This document shows, piece after piece, positions 51,433 through 62,544 of a stretch of 64,000 bases of DNA. The number at the start of each line of letters is the position of its first letter. Position 1 is the first letter of the stretch. The stretch covers positions 75,022,001-75,086,000 of the forward strand of contig NC_045697.1 of NCBI RefSeq assembly GCF_009834535.1. The letters run 5' to 3'. A program made the translations under genes and the position numbers. The notes below the pieces were generated by a model. That model had not been told where the DNA came from, did no database searches, and saw only the letters and a program-made list of their open reading frames with translations. The DNA is from Camelus ferus (Eukaryota).

Positions 51433-51842
51433 CTTGACATACTTTTGAAGAATCAAATTCTAAATAAAGCCTTTTTGATGTTGAACCAACTAAAATTTTT
51501 CAGAGGGTCCCTGGAACATTTCAAGATTTGTTCTCTTTCCTTACAAAAAAAAGTACACTAGTGGGCTTATTTGGTATGCTAAGTTACATGGGAAGCATTG
51601 TAAAATAGGGGATGATAAACCGTCTTAGGTTATATTGTGCAGGTGAGTATTATTATAAGTTATTCTAGAAATTGTTTGAAATTCCTAAAGATCTAATTTG
51701 TCCTGGTACATTGTCATCACATGTCATTCTCATTGCTATCTTAAAATCATGTGCATCACAGAAATAACCAAATTTCCTTGTCAGTTCCATTGTAGTGAAT
51801 TCTCATTAGATCTTTGACAATGAGCAACAAGTACATGACTTT

Positions 51843-51960
51843 CTTACTGATATTCTCTTACCTTCTGAAATCGCTGTTATCAAAATTGAGGCTCACACTA
51901 ATGGGACTGAACCTGAGTATCAAGGAAGTGCCCTGGATGACTTCTATACAGACATCAACA
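51843..51960 (+). pseudogene. pol: ERV pol RNase H C-terminal remnant
   Basis: Reads LTDILLPSEIAVIKIEAHTNGTEPEYQGSALDDFY, a decayed form of the retroviral RNase H ...AH...GN.LAD motif. Confidence 0.75.
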
Positions 51961-52389
51961 ATAGAATCTGTGAAGATTGTGGCACATGTGGATGAAGTCT
52001 ATTCCACTTGTACAAAAAAAATGACCCCACATTGCCATACTTTTGCCATCCTGATGTTCTTGTAACATGGCAACAATCTGCTTCTGAGTTAAAGAAATTA
52101 AGTTGGGTAAACAGTGGCTGTAAATTAAAAAAAAAAAAATTGTGGCAATAAAAGACCCCCAAACATCTACTTGGTTCTTCCTGGCTCCCTGACAAGCCCT
52201 ATTTTTCAGTTTGCATTCCTTTAGGCACCACAGAGCATCTTAGAAAAACTATTTTTTTGTCCTGAAAGGCCTCAGATCTCTTCCCTCTGGACCCTTTGAA
52301 CATCTGCAGCTGAACTTAATTCAGACACCAATTAGTATGAGTTATCATTATCTTATTATCATTGTATGTATATTTTTAGATGAGCTTAA

Positions 52390-52632
52390 GCATTTCCCCT
52401 GCCCAAAGGCTGATGCTCTCACAGTGGCAAAGAAACTATCAGAAACTATTAGAATGAAACTGTTAGAAAAATTTTCTACCCACTTGGGGTGTATCTTCCA
52501 CAATCTCCAGTGATTGAGGCACCTACTTCACTGGGAAAATCATGAGCCTTAATGATAACTTTGCAGACTTCTTGGAATTACACTGTCCCTATCACCTTCA
52601 ATCATCAGGCAAGGTCAGGAGAACTAATGGAG
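52390..52632 (+). pseudogene. pol: ERV integrase core (rve) remnant
   Basis: Frameshifted peptides AFP / CPKADALTVAKKL / WGVSSTISSD*GTYFTGKI / HCPYHLQSSGKVRRTNG; the catalytic E of GKVE is lost. Confidence 0.8.
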
Positions 52633-53399
52633 AAACTGATTCAGGTGAAACAAGAATTAATAATGAAGGGCTGATAAATTGATAAGGGTAGTTATAACTT
52701 TTATGACTTTGTGTTTGAAATATTGCTGGTTCTTTCATGTTTTTCCCAGAATTAAAGAAATCTTTTCTCTTAAGCTATCAATAATTTAGTAAGGTATACC
52801 TTTTGTGAACAGAGATGAAACATTTACTTTTTCTCTCTGCCTGATTTCTCCAGAATTCAGAAACTCTCAATGAGTATGTATATTTTCATGACAATATATC
52901 TCTTTGCACAAGTTCAGTAGGAATCTGTTCTCCTTGTAACAGGACCCAATTGGAAACATTGACTTTATTACCGAGGCTTTGACTGAAATGGTATTTCAGG
53001 TAAAATCTGTTGGCAGTATTCTTGGCTTGGTTTCCTGTCTTCAGACCCTTTTGAGAGTTCAGTCTGAGACACCTTATAAAAAGTTTCAACAGAGCAATTT
53101 TACAAAAAGTTTACATGTTCAGTCACTATTCTTGGTGTACTTATATAAATAATCAGGGCAAGTTGAATACAAACAAATTAGTTTTACTATGATTACCATT
53201 GGTTAAAATGGGGGTCATTGTGAAACCATATTTGCTTCTTTGTAGATATTAGATTCTACTTCTGTTAATTGTCTTTGAAGTTTTGTTATATACCTGTAAA
53301 CTAGACTGGATTCTGAGTCTTCTGGTTTCCTCAAATATCTGGCTATGACTCAGCAAACTAGTGTTTCTAATTTTCTCCCACCCTTCTGATTTGCAATTA

Positions 53400-53582
53400 C
53401 TAAGAACAAAGACTGCCCCTAAGTCTCCTTGGAAGGGACCTTACCAAGCACTGACCACTGACATTGCTACAAAACAGGAAGAAACTGAACCAGGGGTACA
53501 CATCCCACAGCTAAAGAAGACCCCACCTGATACCTGGTCCTGTACAAATGCTGGAGACTTCCAAATCAAATTGACAAGGTAG
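53400..53582 (+). pseudogene. pol: ERV integrase C-terminal remnant
   Basis: KTAPKSPWKGPYQALTTDIATKQEETEPGVHIPQLKK matches the gammaretrovirus-like WKGPY...WVH..LK integrase tail. Confidence 0.8.
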
Positions 53583-53899
53583 AGAAGTAGCTGACATCTA
53601 GGTAGATTGCTTCCACTTAAGACTGTGGATCAAAGACATCATACTTTAAGCATGGAACTCTTCTTTTCCTTTCTGTTACTCTGGTAACCTTTCAGATTGC
53701 TAGATTTGTCATCAAAGGTTCTGATCTGTCCATAACTACCTAGATCGTATTTGCCCCCAGTCACTATAATCTCTCCAGGAGCACCCGTCTTTGCAGAGCA
53801 TTTAGGATGACTCTTTATTTCAAGCTAGGAGATTCTCTTCCCACATGCACTAAAAACCTGACTAACCCTTGGACTGAATGGTTAAACACAGCAGTCCTT

Positions 53900-54345
53900 G
53901 TGAATAGACCCATTCCCTGGTTAGGAGTAAATACAAATAGGAATATAATTAGAAACCTCTCCTTCACTCTTGGGGACATGGCAGATTTTGTTGTTGAGAC
54001 AACAGCTGCCCAGCAAAGATCCTTCTTAGCCAAGGTTATTCTTGATAAAAGATGGCCCTTGATTTCTTTTAGCTGAACAAGGAGGTATCTGTGCTTTGGC
54101 CAACACCATCTACTGTATCTGAATTGGGTCTTCTAGGGAGGTTGAAATTCAGTTATGTAAAATCACTGAGCAAGACATTTGTCTTAAAAAGGTAATTCCT
54201 TCAGCAGGGTCTTGTTTTGATTGGTTTGGGTCTTGGGGACCATGGCTCTGAAGTGCACTCCAAATATTGGGAATTATCCTGCTTATAATCTCCCTAGTGT
54301 GCTGTATTCTCTCATAAGCTTTAGATGCATGTTTGTAGCTGCTAA
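53900..54345 (+). pseudogene. env: ERV env transmembrane-subunit remnant
   Basis: IIRNLSFTL...AAQQRSFLAKVILDKR / ALDF / LAEQGGICALANTIYC (immunosuppressive domain plus decayed CX6CC), then hydrophobic ALQILGIILLIISLVCCILS; frameshifts and stops. Confidence 0.85.
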
Positions 54346-54547
54346 CTACCAATCAAATGACCCCGTAAGTCTAGAGCATTAGAGAAGGAGCAAAGATAAT
54401 GACAAACTGAAATATTGTGAACCTGAAGTAATGACCTATGAATATCATAGAGTATCAGTGAAAGGTGTAAGAACTACAGAGCAGTAGCAAAGAGTGTCAC
54501 TAATGTCCTAATTTTTTTTTATCAGATCTCTTAGGCATATATTAATC

Positions 54548-54560
54548 AAAAGGGAAGAAT
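54548..54560 (+). other. Retroviral polypurine tract
   Basis: AAAAGGGAAGAAT directly before the TG start of the 3' LTR. Confidence 0.8.
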
Positions 54561-54953
54561 TGTTTTTTTAAAAAAAGAAACAACAGGCCCACAATGGAGT
54601 CATTTACCCCTAGCACAGCAAACCAAGACTTAATTGCAGTTTCATCCTCTCTCAAGAATGTGACCTTTAAACAGACAATCTGAAATGTCCTGATCAGCAC
54701 TAATGAAGTAATCTGCATAATAACATCCTTGCAGTTCCCTTCCACCCAAAAGAAGATGACTTGGCCTGAAACAGTTCTTTCTTTGGCTAATAATTTCTTT
54801 GTTCCACCCTCCTTCTGCCTATGAAAACCTTCCAATTATACGGCTCCTCAGAGTATCTCTCTACTTATTATATGAAATGCTGCTCAATTCATAAATTGTT
54901 TAACAGAGCTGATTAGATCTGCAAATTTTCTCAGCTGAATTTTGTTTTTTAAA
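54561..54953 (+). repeat. 3' LTR (about 393 bp)
   Basis: Starts with TG after the PPT, homologous to the 5' LTR, decayed TATA-like CCTATGAAAA, ends GAATTTTGTTTTTTAA. Confidence 0.88.
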
Positions 54954-56169
54954 TGATTCTTATGTAACTTATCCCCTCTTCCCATAATCTTTCTATAAAT
55001 TACCCATGATTATATTCTCTTTATTTTTTATAATTCTTTTAATTAAACTATAGATTTAAGTATGCAGTATATTTTGAACAGCTTTTTAATGCATGTATTA
55101 AATTGACCAGAGACATATTGTTATGGACTAGTCTCATGAAAATCAAATTTAGAAAGTGAAAATATATAATTATCCTAAAACTCTGATATAGGAATGCTAT
55201 AAAATTTGTACCATTTCAGCCTTTAGCCTGCCTTCTGGAACTTTCCATGAATCTTTGAAATAGTTAATTTTGAGTCGGCTACAGCTGTTTTCAGTAAAAG
55301 AAACTTTTTCATTTATTTTCTTCAGTGGTTTAAAATCTGTTACGATACATAAATAGCAAGAACACATTTGTCAATAATAAATAAGTTATGGGTCACATTT
55401 TCAGATCTGGATAACTGTTATAACTTTTTAAAAAGTACATAAATACCAAAGTTGGAGAACTTCCTGTACTTTGTGGAAACCAGCATCTTGATGCTAATGC
55501 GTCTGTCTGTGTATGCTTACAGAGATAAATTAGGATAAATATAATCCTCACACCACAAAGTTTCCAAGCATTTAAGAAATAATCTTCAAGTCACTGTTTT
55601 TTTTGTTTTGTTTTTTTGCAAATCTGTACCTTGACATATAATTTGGAATAATTAGATAATGGAGTTAAAAAAAATCAAGAATGTTAGCAGGACTTTCTTA
55701 ATTTTCTAAGGCAGTGTATATAGAGCATATGACTGGTATTTAGGAATGAGCCCTTTATTAATTAATAAGATAAAAATTCAACTGAAGAAATACTACTGAA
55801 AGTTGTTCTACTCTACAGTTAGAAATGGTCTTGGTTTCTGTTTCATTACCATTAATACTAAGTCACCTGGGGTATAATGGATTCCATGGATTTAATGTGT
55901 TGCCTATAGTGAGTTTCACTGCAGTATTTTTTCAGTGTACTTTGAGTTCAACAATTCCATTTCAGATATTGAAAATGTCAATAGAACACTTTGAAGAGCC
56001 AAAACATAATGCTATTAGAAAAGAAATATGTTTCAAATACTTTAAAGAAACCAACTTTATATTCTTAATATTGCTATGGGGTTAAAAAGAATAGAAGGAA
56101 AACTAGAAATTAAATTACTGAACATTTTTTCAAATATAAGTTATTACTTCTTTGGTTTCAGTGATTTCT

Positions 56170-56514
56170 CTTTTAGTTTCTTTCCTGCTAATTCATTATT
56201 AGTGTAAAGAAATGCAATTGATTTTTGTATGTTAGTCTTGTATCCCGCTACCTTACTAAATTATTTTATCAGCTATAGTAGTTTGTGTGTGGATCTTTTA
56301 GGGTTTTTTTGTATCATGTCATCTGCATATAGTGACAGTTTTACATCATCTCTTACAATTTGGATCCCTTTTATTTCTTTTTCTTGCCTGATTGCTATAG
56401 CTAGGACTTCCAAGACTATGTTGAATAGAAGTGGTGAGAGCGCACATCTTTGTCTTGTCCCAGATTTTAGTGGGAAGGCTTTCAGTTTTTCACCATTGAG
56501 TACTATGCTGGATG
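56170..56514 (-). mobile_element. Isolated internal L1 ORF2 reverse-transcriptase fragment
   Basis: ORF 56273-56527 reads [48 protein letters not shown]...LSLYADDM, the L1 RT core with the YADD motif. Confidence 0.92.
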
Positions 56515-56879
56515 TATATTTTCTCATTTGTATAGTGCAATTTGTACTAAGTGAGATTGAGTTCTAAGACTCCCCTGCCATTTTTATTTTTTATAGTTTC
56601 TAGATTTGTCAGTTTAAGTGTATCTTTTCTTTCCTTAAGATCTATACATTTCATATTAATTGTTTTAAAGTGAATTATTGGTGATCAAATTTAATCTTGT
56701 CACAAAATTTTGTTCTGAAAAACTTCACTGATGGCATTAAATTCTATGTTTTTCCAACAGTTGTTGTAATTAAGCCATTTGTCTCTAAAAACTAACTTTA
56801 GTTTTGAAAACTGGGACAAAACCTTTGAAAAAATCTGACCCAGAAAAGAATTCCATAACAAATTGCCACACAATTAGGA

Positions 56880-56962
56880 ACTCTGTCTTTCTCTTCTTCT
56901 CTGTCTCTCTCTGTGCATCTCTGTCTCTGTCTGTCTCCTTCTCTCTCTCACACACACACCAC
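56880..56962. repeat. (TC)/(CA) low-complexity simple repeat
   Basis: Directly visible. Confidence 0.8.
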
Positions 56963-57171
56963 ATACAAAAATGAGAGTAAAAAATATGAATTTTTTATTT
57001 AAAAATTTTTTACTTAACATTTGATAGTAAGTAAATTGTAACACAGCTCTAGGTCTTAGTTTTAAAAGCATGTATATATCTTGCATCAGGTATTGTATTA
57101 CATAAAATGTATGTCTCTGTCAATGCTTTGAACCTGGAAAGCCAATTATAGCATTAAACTTTATTTTCAAT

Positions 57172-58640
57172 CAATTTTTTATTGAGGTATGATATACATA
57201 CAGCAAAGTATAATTTTATAAGTGAATAGGTCAAGAAGTTAAAAAGATAGAACATTATCAGGAACCAAGAAGCTCCCTTCATATTAATCCCTATAATTAC
57301 TCCCATTTTTCATCCCAAAGTTAACCAGTATTCTAACTTCTTTTTTTTTTTTTAATATGAAGAGACTATTTTATTTTATTTTATTTTATTTTATTTTATT
57401 TTATTTTATTTTATTTTATTTGGTTGGGGACAGGTAACCAGGTTTACTTATTTGTTTTTTTTAGAAGAGGTATTGGGGATTGAACTCAGGACCTCCTGCA
57501 TGCCAAGCATGTACTCTACCACTTGAGCTATACCCTCCCTGCCAATATTCTAATTTCTAATACTATAGTTTAATTTTAGCCAAGTTGGAGCTTTATAAAA
57601 ATGAAATCAGCATGTATTATGTATTCTTTTTATATCTAGCTTCTTTCACTAAAGAGATTTATTTATGTTTATATACGTAGCATTTATGTGTGACATTAGT
57701 TTGTTCATTTTGTAGCTGTTCTACTGTGGATGGACATTTGTGTTATTTCCAGTTTTAGGCTATTACAAATAATGCTGCTCTGAATGTTTGTACATGTCTT
57801 GGGCTGAACATATATGTGTGTTTTTGGTGTTTTGTGATGTTTTAAGATTCAGTCATGATTGCTTTAAAGTTTTATTGTAGGCTTTGTTTTTAGATATGTA
57901 ATAAAAGTATACAACTATATTTTTGATATTATGCAGGTCAGTACATACAAGGTCTAGGCTATAAAACTCATTTCAAAAGATAAATTTATTTATAGGAATA
58001 CTTGATGTTAAAAGCTGTGTCCATGTTAATACTTTGCAGTGGAATTTCTGGTCATAGAGTATAATTTGATTAAATTTTAGTGGATAATGCCAACAATTTT
58101 TTCAAAGTGATTATATTGATTTACAATCACAAAAAAGTGTATAATATCCTGTTGTTCCATATCTTTGCCAAAACTTAGTATTTTATCTCATTTTAATTTT
58201 AACCATTATAGTGCCTGTGTGTGTGCGTGATTATACTTCATAGCAGTTAATGTGCATTTCACAGGTAAAGAAACTGAGCTTCTTTTCAGATGCTTTTTAA
58301 TCATTTGATAGCTTTTTTTTTTTTTTTGGTGAAATATCCTTTCAAGATTAGTTTCCATTTTTCTGTTGAGTTGTTTGACTTTTTAAGTTTTCTTTATTTC
58401 TGTTCTTGATACAAGATGTTAGCTGGTAATATACATTGCAAATAAACTTCTCCCAACCTGTGGATGACCAGTTTTGGCTCTTAAAAGTATCTTCAAACAA
58501 ATAAAAATTGTTCAATTTAATGTACTCATATTTATGAAAAATTTTTATAGTTAGTCCATGTTACATCCTTTTAAATGTTTTTAACAACTCCAAAAGTCTC
58601 ATGAAGATGTTTTTCTAGAGGCTTTATTGTTTTGCCTTTC
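57172..58640 (-). mobile_element. Old L1 (L1ME/MD-like) 3' region, interrupted by a SINE
   Basis: TTTTTTATTGAGGTATGATATACATACAG...GGATGGACATTTGTGTTATTTCCAGTTTTAGGCTATTACAAATAATGCTGCT...CCTGTTGTTCCATATCTTTGCCAA. Confidence 0.8.
57342..57541 (-). mobile_element. tRNA-derived SINE resembling the camelid SINE, with (TAAAA)n tail and TSD
   Basis: Minus strand GGGAGGGTATAGCTCAAGTGGTAGAG (A box)...GAGTTCAATCCCCA (B box); (TTTTA)n at about 57367-57421; TSD CCAGTATTCTAACTTCT (57325-57341) / CCAATATTCTAATTTCT (57542-57558). Confidence 0.9.
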
Positions 58641-60149
58641 AAATCTTATTTTTCATTGAGAAATTTCAAAAGCATATTTGATGATGCCAAGTTGAAATCA
58701 ATAAAAATAAGTAGGAAAAAACCCGAGAAACATTTCCCCTGTCTAAGCATGTGCTTTTTTGTGGCTATTAAAATATCTTTGTGTTGGATTGGAGGGTAGA
58801 GATTAAAGACCAGTTCCTTCTAAATATTAACTTCCTTTTTGGTTTAACAAGCAAAGGGCAGCAGAGAAATTGCCTAAGTGCTATGTGTTTACAGTTCTGC
58901 AGTTTGTTATTGGTTACTGGAATTCATCCAAGAAGTTGTCAAATATCAAAAGTTCTATTATGTTACAATGAAATAATTATTGTACTTAGTATTTTCTGAA
59001 TTATTTGTCTTCTTTTCTCTGTTTGATTTTATTCCCCTTGTGCTAGGAAGAGAACTCAGAGATTTTTCAGAGATAAATGACGAGTTTAATGGTTTTATTT
59101 CAAGGATTTGAAATCAGCCATTCATAATTTATTGCAATGTTTCCTTTGAATATACTGAAAGTAAACCAAAAGAAGGAAAATAAATCTGAAAAAAAAAGAG
59201 GGGAAAAAAAGGAGCAAATAAAAAGAAAAAATGGGGCGCTTTACATGAAAATGTTTGTTTACTAAGTCACCTTTGGTTGTCAGGAAAATGGACATGTTTA
59301 GTTTTCACATGTGTCTGTATATGCATACAGAATTCACACAAACAAGTGCATATACAGACTTTATATCTGTTTGTCTTATATTGTCTATTTTTCAACCTTT
59401 TTAAGATAAATATATTAATTTAATATTTAGAAATACACTGTTACTATTATACAATTTTACATAGGCTATAAAAACACACAAGTATTTCCATAGCTACAAC
59501 ATCAGCAAATAGATGTTTGGTGAAAGCCTTTGACTTTGGTGTATTTATTTAACCATCATACAGCACTTTACAAACTGGGTTTGATGTTCTAGAATCATAA
59601 AACTAAAAGTTACCATATCAAATTGTGAAACACAAATTATTACACACTTTCTAAATTCTCAGTTAAGACTTTCCTTAGGGAGCTGGTCCATAATTGATCA
59701 CGATTGTTAAGAAGTTCCTGTAGTTATAAATATCCATGACCATGATCGATTTCTTACTGTGACAATTTTAGACATATGCATCTGAAGGTAACTAAAGTAT
59801 GTGTAAAAAGTTATTTAGGAGAATCACAGTCTCGTGGGTGGGCCTTTTTCCATGCTGAACATAGTTCATTTGATAGTCTCAGTAGAGTCTGAAGTCTTAG
59901 CTGAGTGTTAGCACAAAATAAAATGCATCTGTGTCGGTTTATAGTGAATAGCATGCTGAAGCTTCCATAATATTTACCCTCTTCCATCTATCTACTGTCT
60001 GCTGCTTTTAGAGTGTCCAAAATTAGGCACTTGATTAGAGAAAACAGAAGTTTATATATGACTTTGGTAGTTTGAACTTGGGCAAATAAACAAGTAGCAT
60101 GGCTGAAGCTTTGAAGGTAATAGAGATAACTAAGAGAAAGTAGCAGTGG

Positions 60150-60490
60150 AAGTGATTCAGGAATTTATTGCTGCAGGCAACTTATGACCTGACAACAGTG
60201 GCTTAAGCATGATAGTATTATTTCCTTCATTTTAAACCAAGTTTTAATTGGTAAGAGGGCTAAATGACATTAGGACATTTTTCCCCTAGTCCATGCCTGT
60301 TGCACCAGTCATCCTTTCCAAATTCCAGGCGGGAGAAAAGATAGCATCAGAAAACTCCTATGTCTCATTGGATAGAATGTTAACACATGGCCACTCACAA
60401 GTACTAAGGAATCTAGGTAAATAGCTAGTAGAGAACATAGAAGAGAAATTGATAGGAAGTGGATGCTGGCTGAGACATTCTACAGTGTTT
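60150..60490. mobile_element. Old MaLR (MLT1J-like) LTR remnant
   Basis: GACAACAGTGGCTTAAGCA...TATGTCTCATTGGATAGAA...CACATGGCCACTC...AAGGAATCTAGG. Confidence 0.55.
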
Positions 60491-60559
60491 TCCATAGTTG
60501 GTAAAAAATCTTTCCCAAATTTTAAGCTTTATATTTTTCAAATGTTTATAAATAAATAA

Positions 60560-61720
60560 ATAAAACTTCTTAAAGAATATTTTTAGATATACAGAGAAAT
60601 ACAAAGATAATATGTGGAGTTCTTGTATACCCTACACCCATTTTCTCCCTTTGTTAACATTTTATTATGATATATATTTGTGACAACTAAGTAACCAACA
60701 TTGGTACATTAGAATTAACTAAACTTCACAGTTTCTTCAGATTCCACTAGTTTCCCTCAATGTCTTTTTCTATTTTAGGATTTCATATAGGATATACGTG
60801 GTTTTTAGTCATCATGTCTCTGTAGCCTCCTTTGGTCTATGACAGTTTCATAAATTTTTCTTGTTTTTGGTGAACTTGACAGTTTTTCAGGATTCTGGTC
60901 CAGTGTTTTGTAGAATGTCTCTCAATTAGGGTTTGCCTGATTTTTTTCTCAAGGTTAGTGAGACTGGGGTATAGGTTTTAGAGCAAAAAATCACAGAGGT
61001 GAAGTGACATTCTCCCCACATCATATTGGGATACATGCATCAACATGACTTAACACTGATGTTAACCTTGGTCACGTGACTGAGGTAGTGTTTGTCAGGT
61101 TTCCCCACTGCAAAGTTACTCTTCCCCCAGCCTTTCTGTACCATACTTGTGAAAGGAAATCATTATGTACAGCCCATTAAAAAACTACTGAAAATAGTTG
61201 ATTTACAATATTGTGTTAGTTTCAGTTTACAGAAAAGTGATTCAGTTATATATTCCAGATTATATTCCATTATAGGTTATTATAAGATATTGAATATAAT
61301 TTTCTGTGCTATGCAGTAAATCCTTGTTGCTTATTTATTTTATGTATAGTAGTTTGTATCTGTTAACCGCATACTCCTAATTTGTCCCTCCCCTTCCTCC
61401 CTCTTCCCTTTAGTAACCGTAGTTTGTTTTCTGTGTTTGATGTACAGCCCATTTTTAAGGAGTAGAGTTGTCCTCCGACTCCTTGGGGGCAAAAGTATCT
61501 ACGTAAAGTATCTGAAATCTGTCTCTGTGGGAGATTTGCCTCTCCTCTCCCATTTATTTCTTTATTCAATAATTTCTTTCTATCATTATGGACTTGTTGG
61601 TATGTATTTTATGTTTGGAGTTATAATCCAGTACTTTACTTTGTAGCTCAAGTTGTCCTAGCTCTGGCTTTCAGAGCTCTTTCTGTTTGGCTCCTCTGTC
61701 CCTTTGACATACTCCCTGCC
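60560..61720 (-). mobile_element. L1MC-type 3' region with a nested younger L1 tail
   Basis: TTTGTGACAACTAAGTAACCAACATTGGTACATT...GATGTTAACCTTGGTCACGTGACTGAGGTAGTGTTTGTCAGGTTTCCCCACTG...TTTGGCTCCTCTGTCCCTTTGACATAC. Confidence 0.88.
61179..61439 (-). mobile_element. Short cetartiodactyl-type L1 3'UTR insertion with a perfect 14-bp TSD
   Basis: ATGTACAGCCCATT at 61165-61178 and 61440-61453; body homologous to 27200-27545. Confidence 0.9.
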
Positions 61721-61889
61721 CATGAGTTACTTCTGAATGATAAAGGATTATTTTAAAAAAAAAATTTGAAATAATAATTTAAATATAGTTTTCTTTAATC
61801 ATTCGAAAATATTTATCCAAAATAACCACAGCACTTTATTTTAGGATCTATAAATTTAAGAACAAAACGTAAACTGTGATAACACAGAG

Positions 61890-62150
61890 AGCAAACATAG
61901 CACAGTGGTTAACACATGAGAGAACACACTTTTTTAAAATCCTAGCTTCATCATTTATTAAGTTAATAAATTGGGCAAATGACCTAAGCTGTTACTGTAT
62001 CATTCTCATCTGTTATAGGGGAGCTGTAAAAATTCCTATTTCATTGGGTGATTATGAAGTTTAGTAGGTTAATGTATGTAGTATTTGGAACAGTGCTTGG
62101 CACAAAGGGGTTGCTCAAAAATACAATTATTATAATATTACTATGCAGGG
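61890..62150 (+). mobile_element. MIR SINE
   Basis: CATAGCACAGTGGTTAA...TTGGGCAAATGACCTAA...TTCTCATCTG...GGAACAGTGCTTGGCACA. Confidence 0.75.
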
Positions 62151-62544
62151 TGAAATTCTTATAAGAGGGAAAATTACCCAAAAGCAGCAGTTGCTCAAAT
62201 GTTATTTCACAGACCACAGGGTTCTTCACGTTTCATCAACCTGCTTACTGATCATGGCTCAATAGTGATAGTTGATGATTTAAAATAGAAAGTAAGTGGG
62301 CTACGTTTGTTGTTTTGCTTAGCCAAGTCAAAGCAAATATAAAAGCTCTAAAATGTAAGAATAATTATATTGAATTATAGTTAACTACACATAATCAAGA
62401 CTGAGGAAGTTAATAAAAAATGGGTAACAATGAGCTTTTTGAATTTCTAATATCTAAAAATATCGTTCCAAGTCAGTTACATTTTTTAATGTGGATCATT
62501 TTTCACTTAATGGTTAATTTTAAAAAATAATACAGCTTTATTCT

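Larger units (their letters stand above)
47606..54953 (+). mobile_element. Decayed class I endogenous retrovirus (ERV1, MER4-group-like), both LTRs present
   Basis: Direct repeats at both ends, degenerate TGG-starting PBS-like sequence after the 5' LTR, remnants in the order gag, RNase H, integrase, env TM, and a polypurine tract before the 3' LTR. Confidence 0.92.

Noticed and set aside
57465..57541. tRNA-like A and B boxes
   Set aside because: Head of a SINE with tail and TSD, not a tRNA gene
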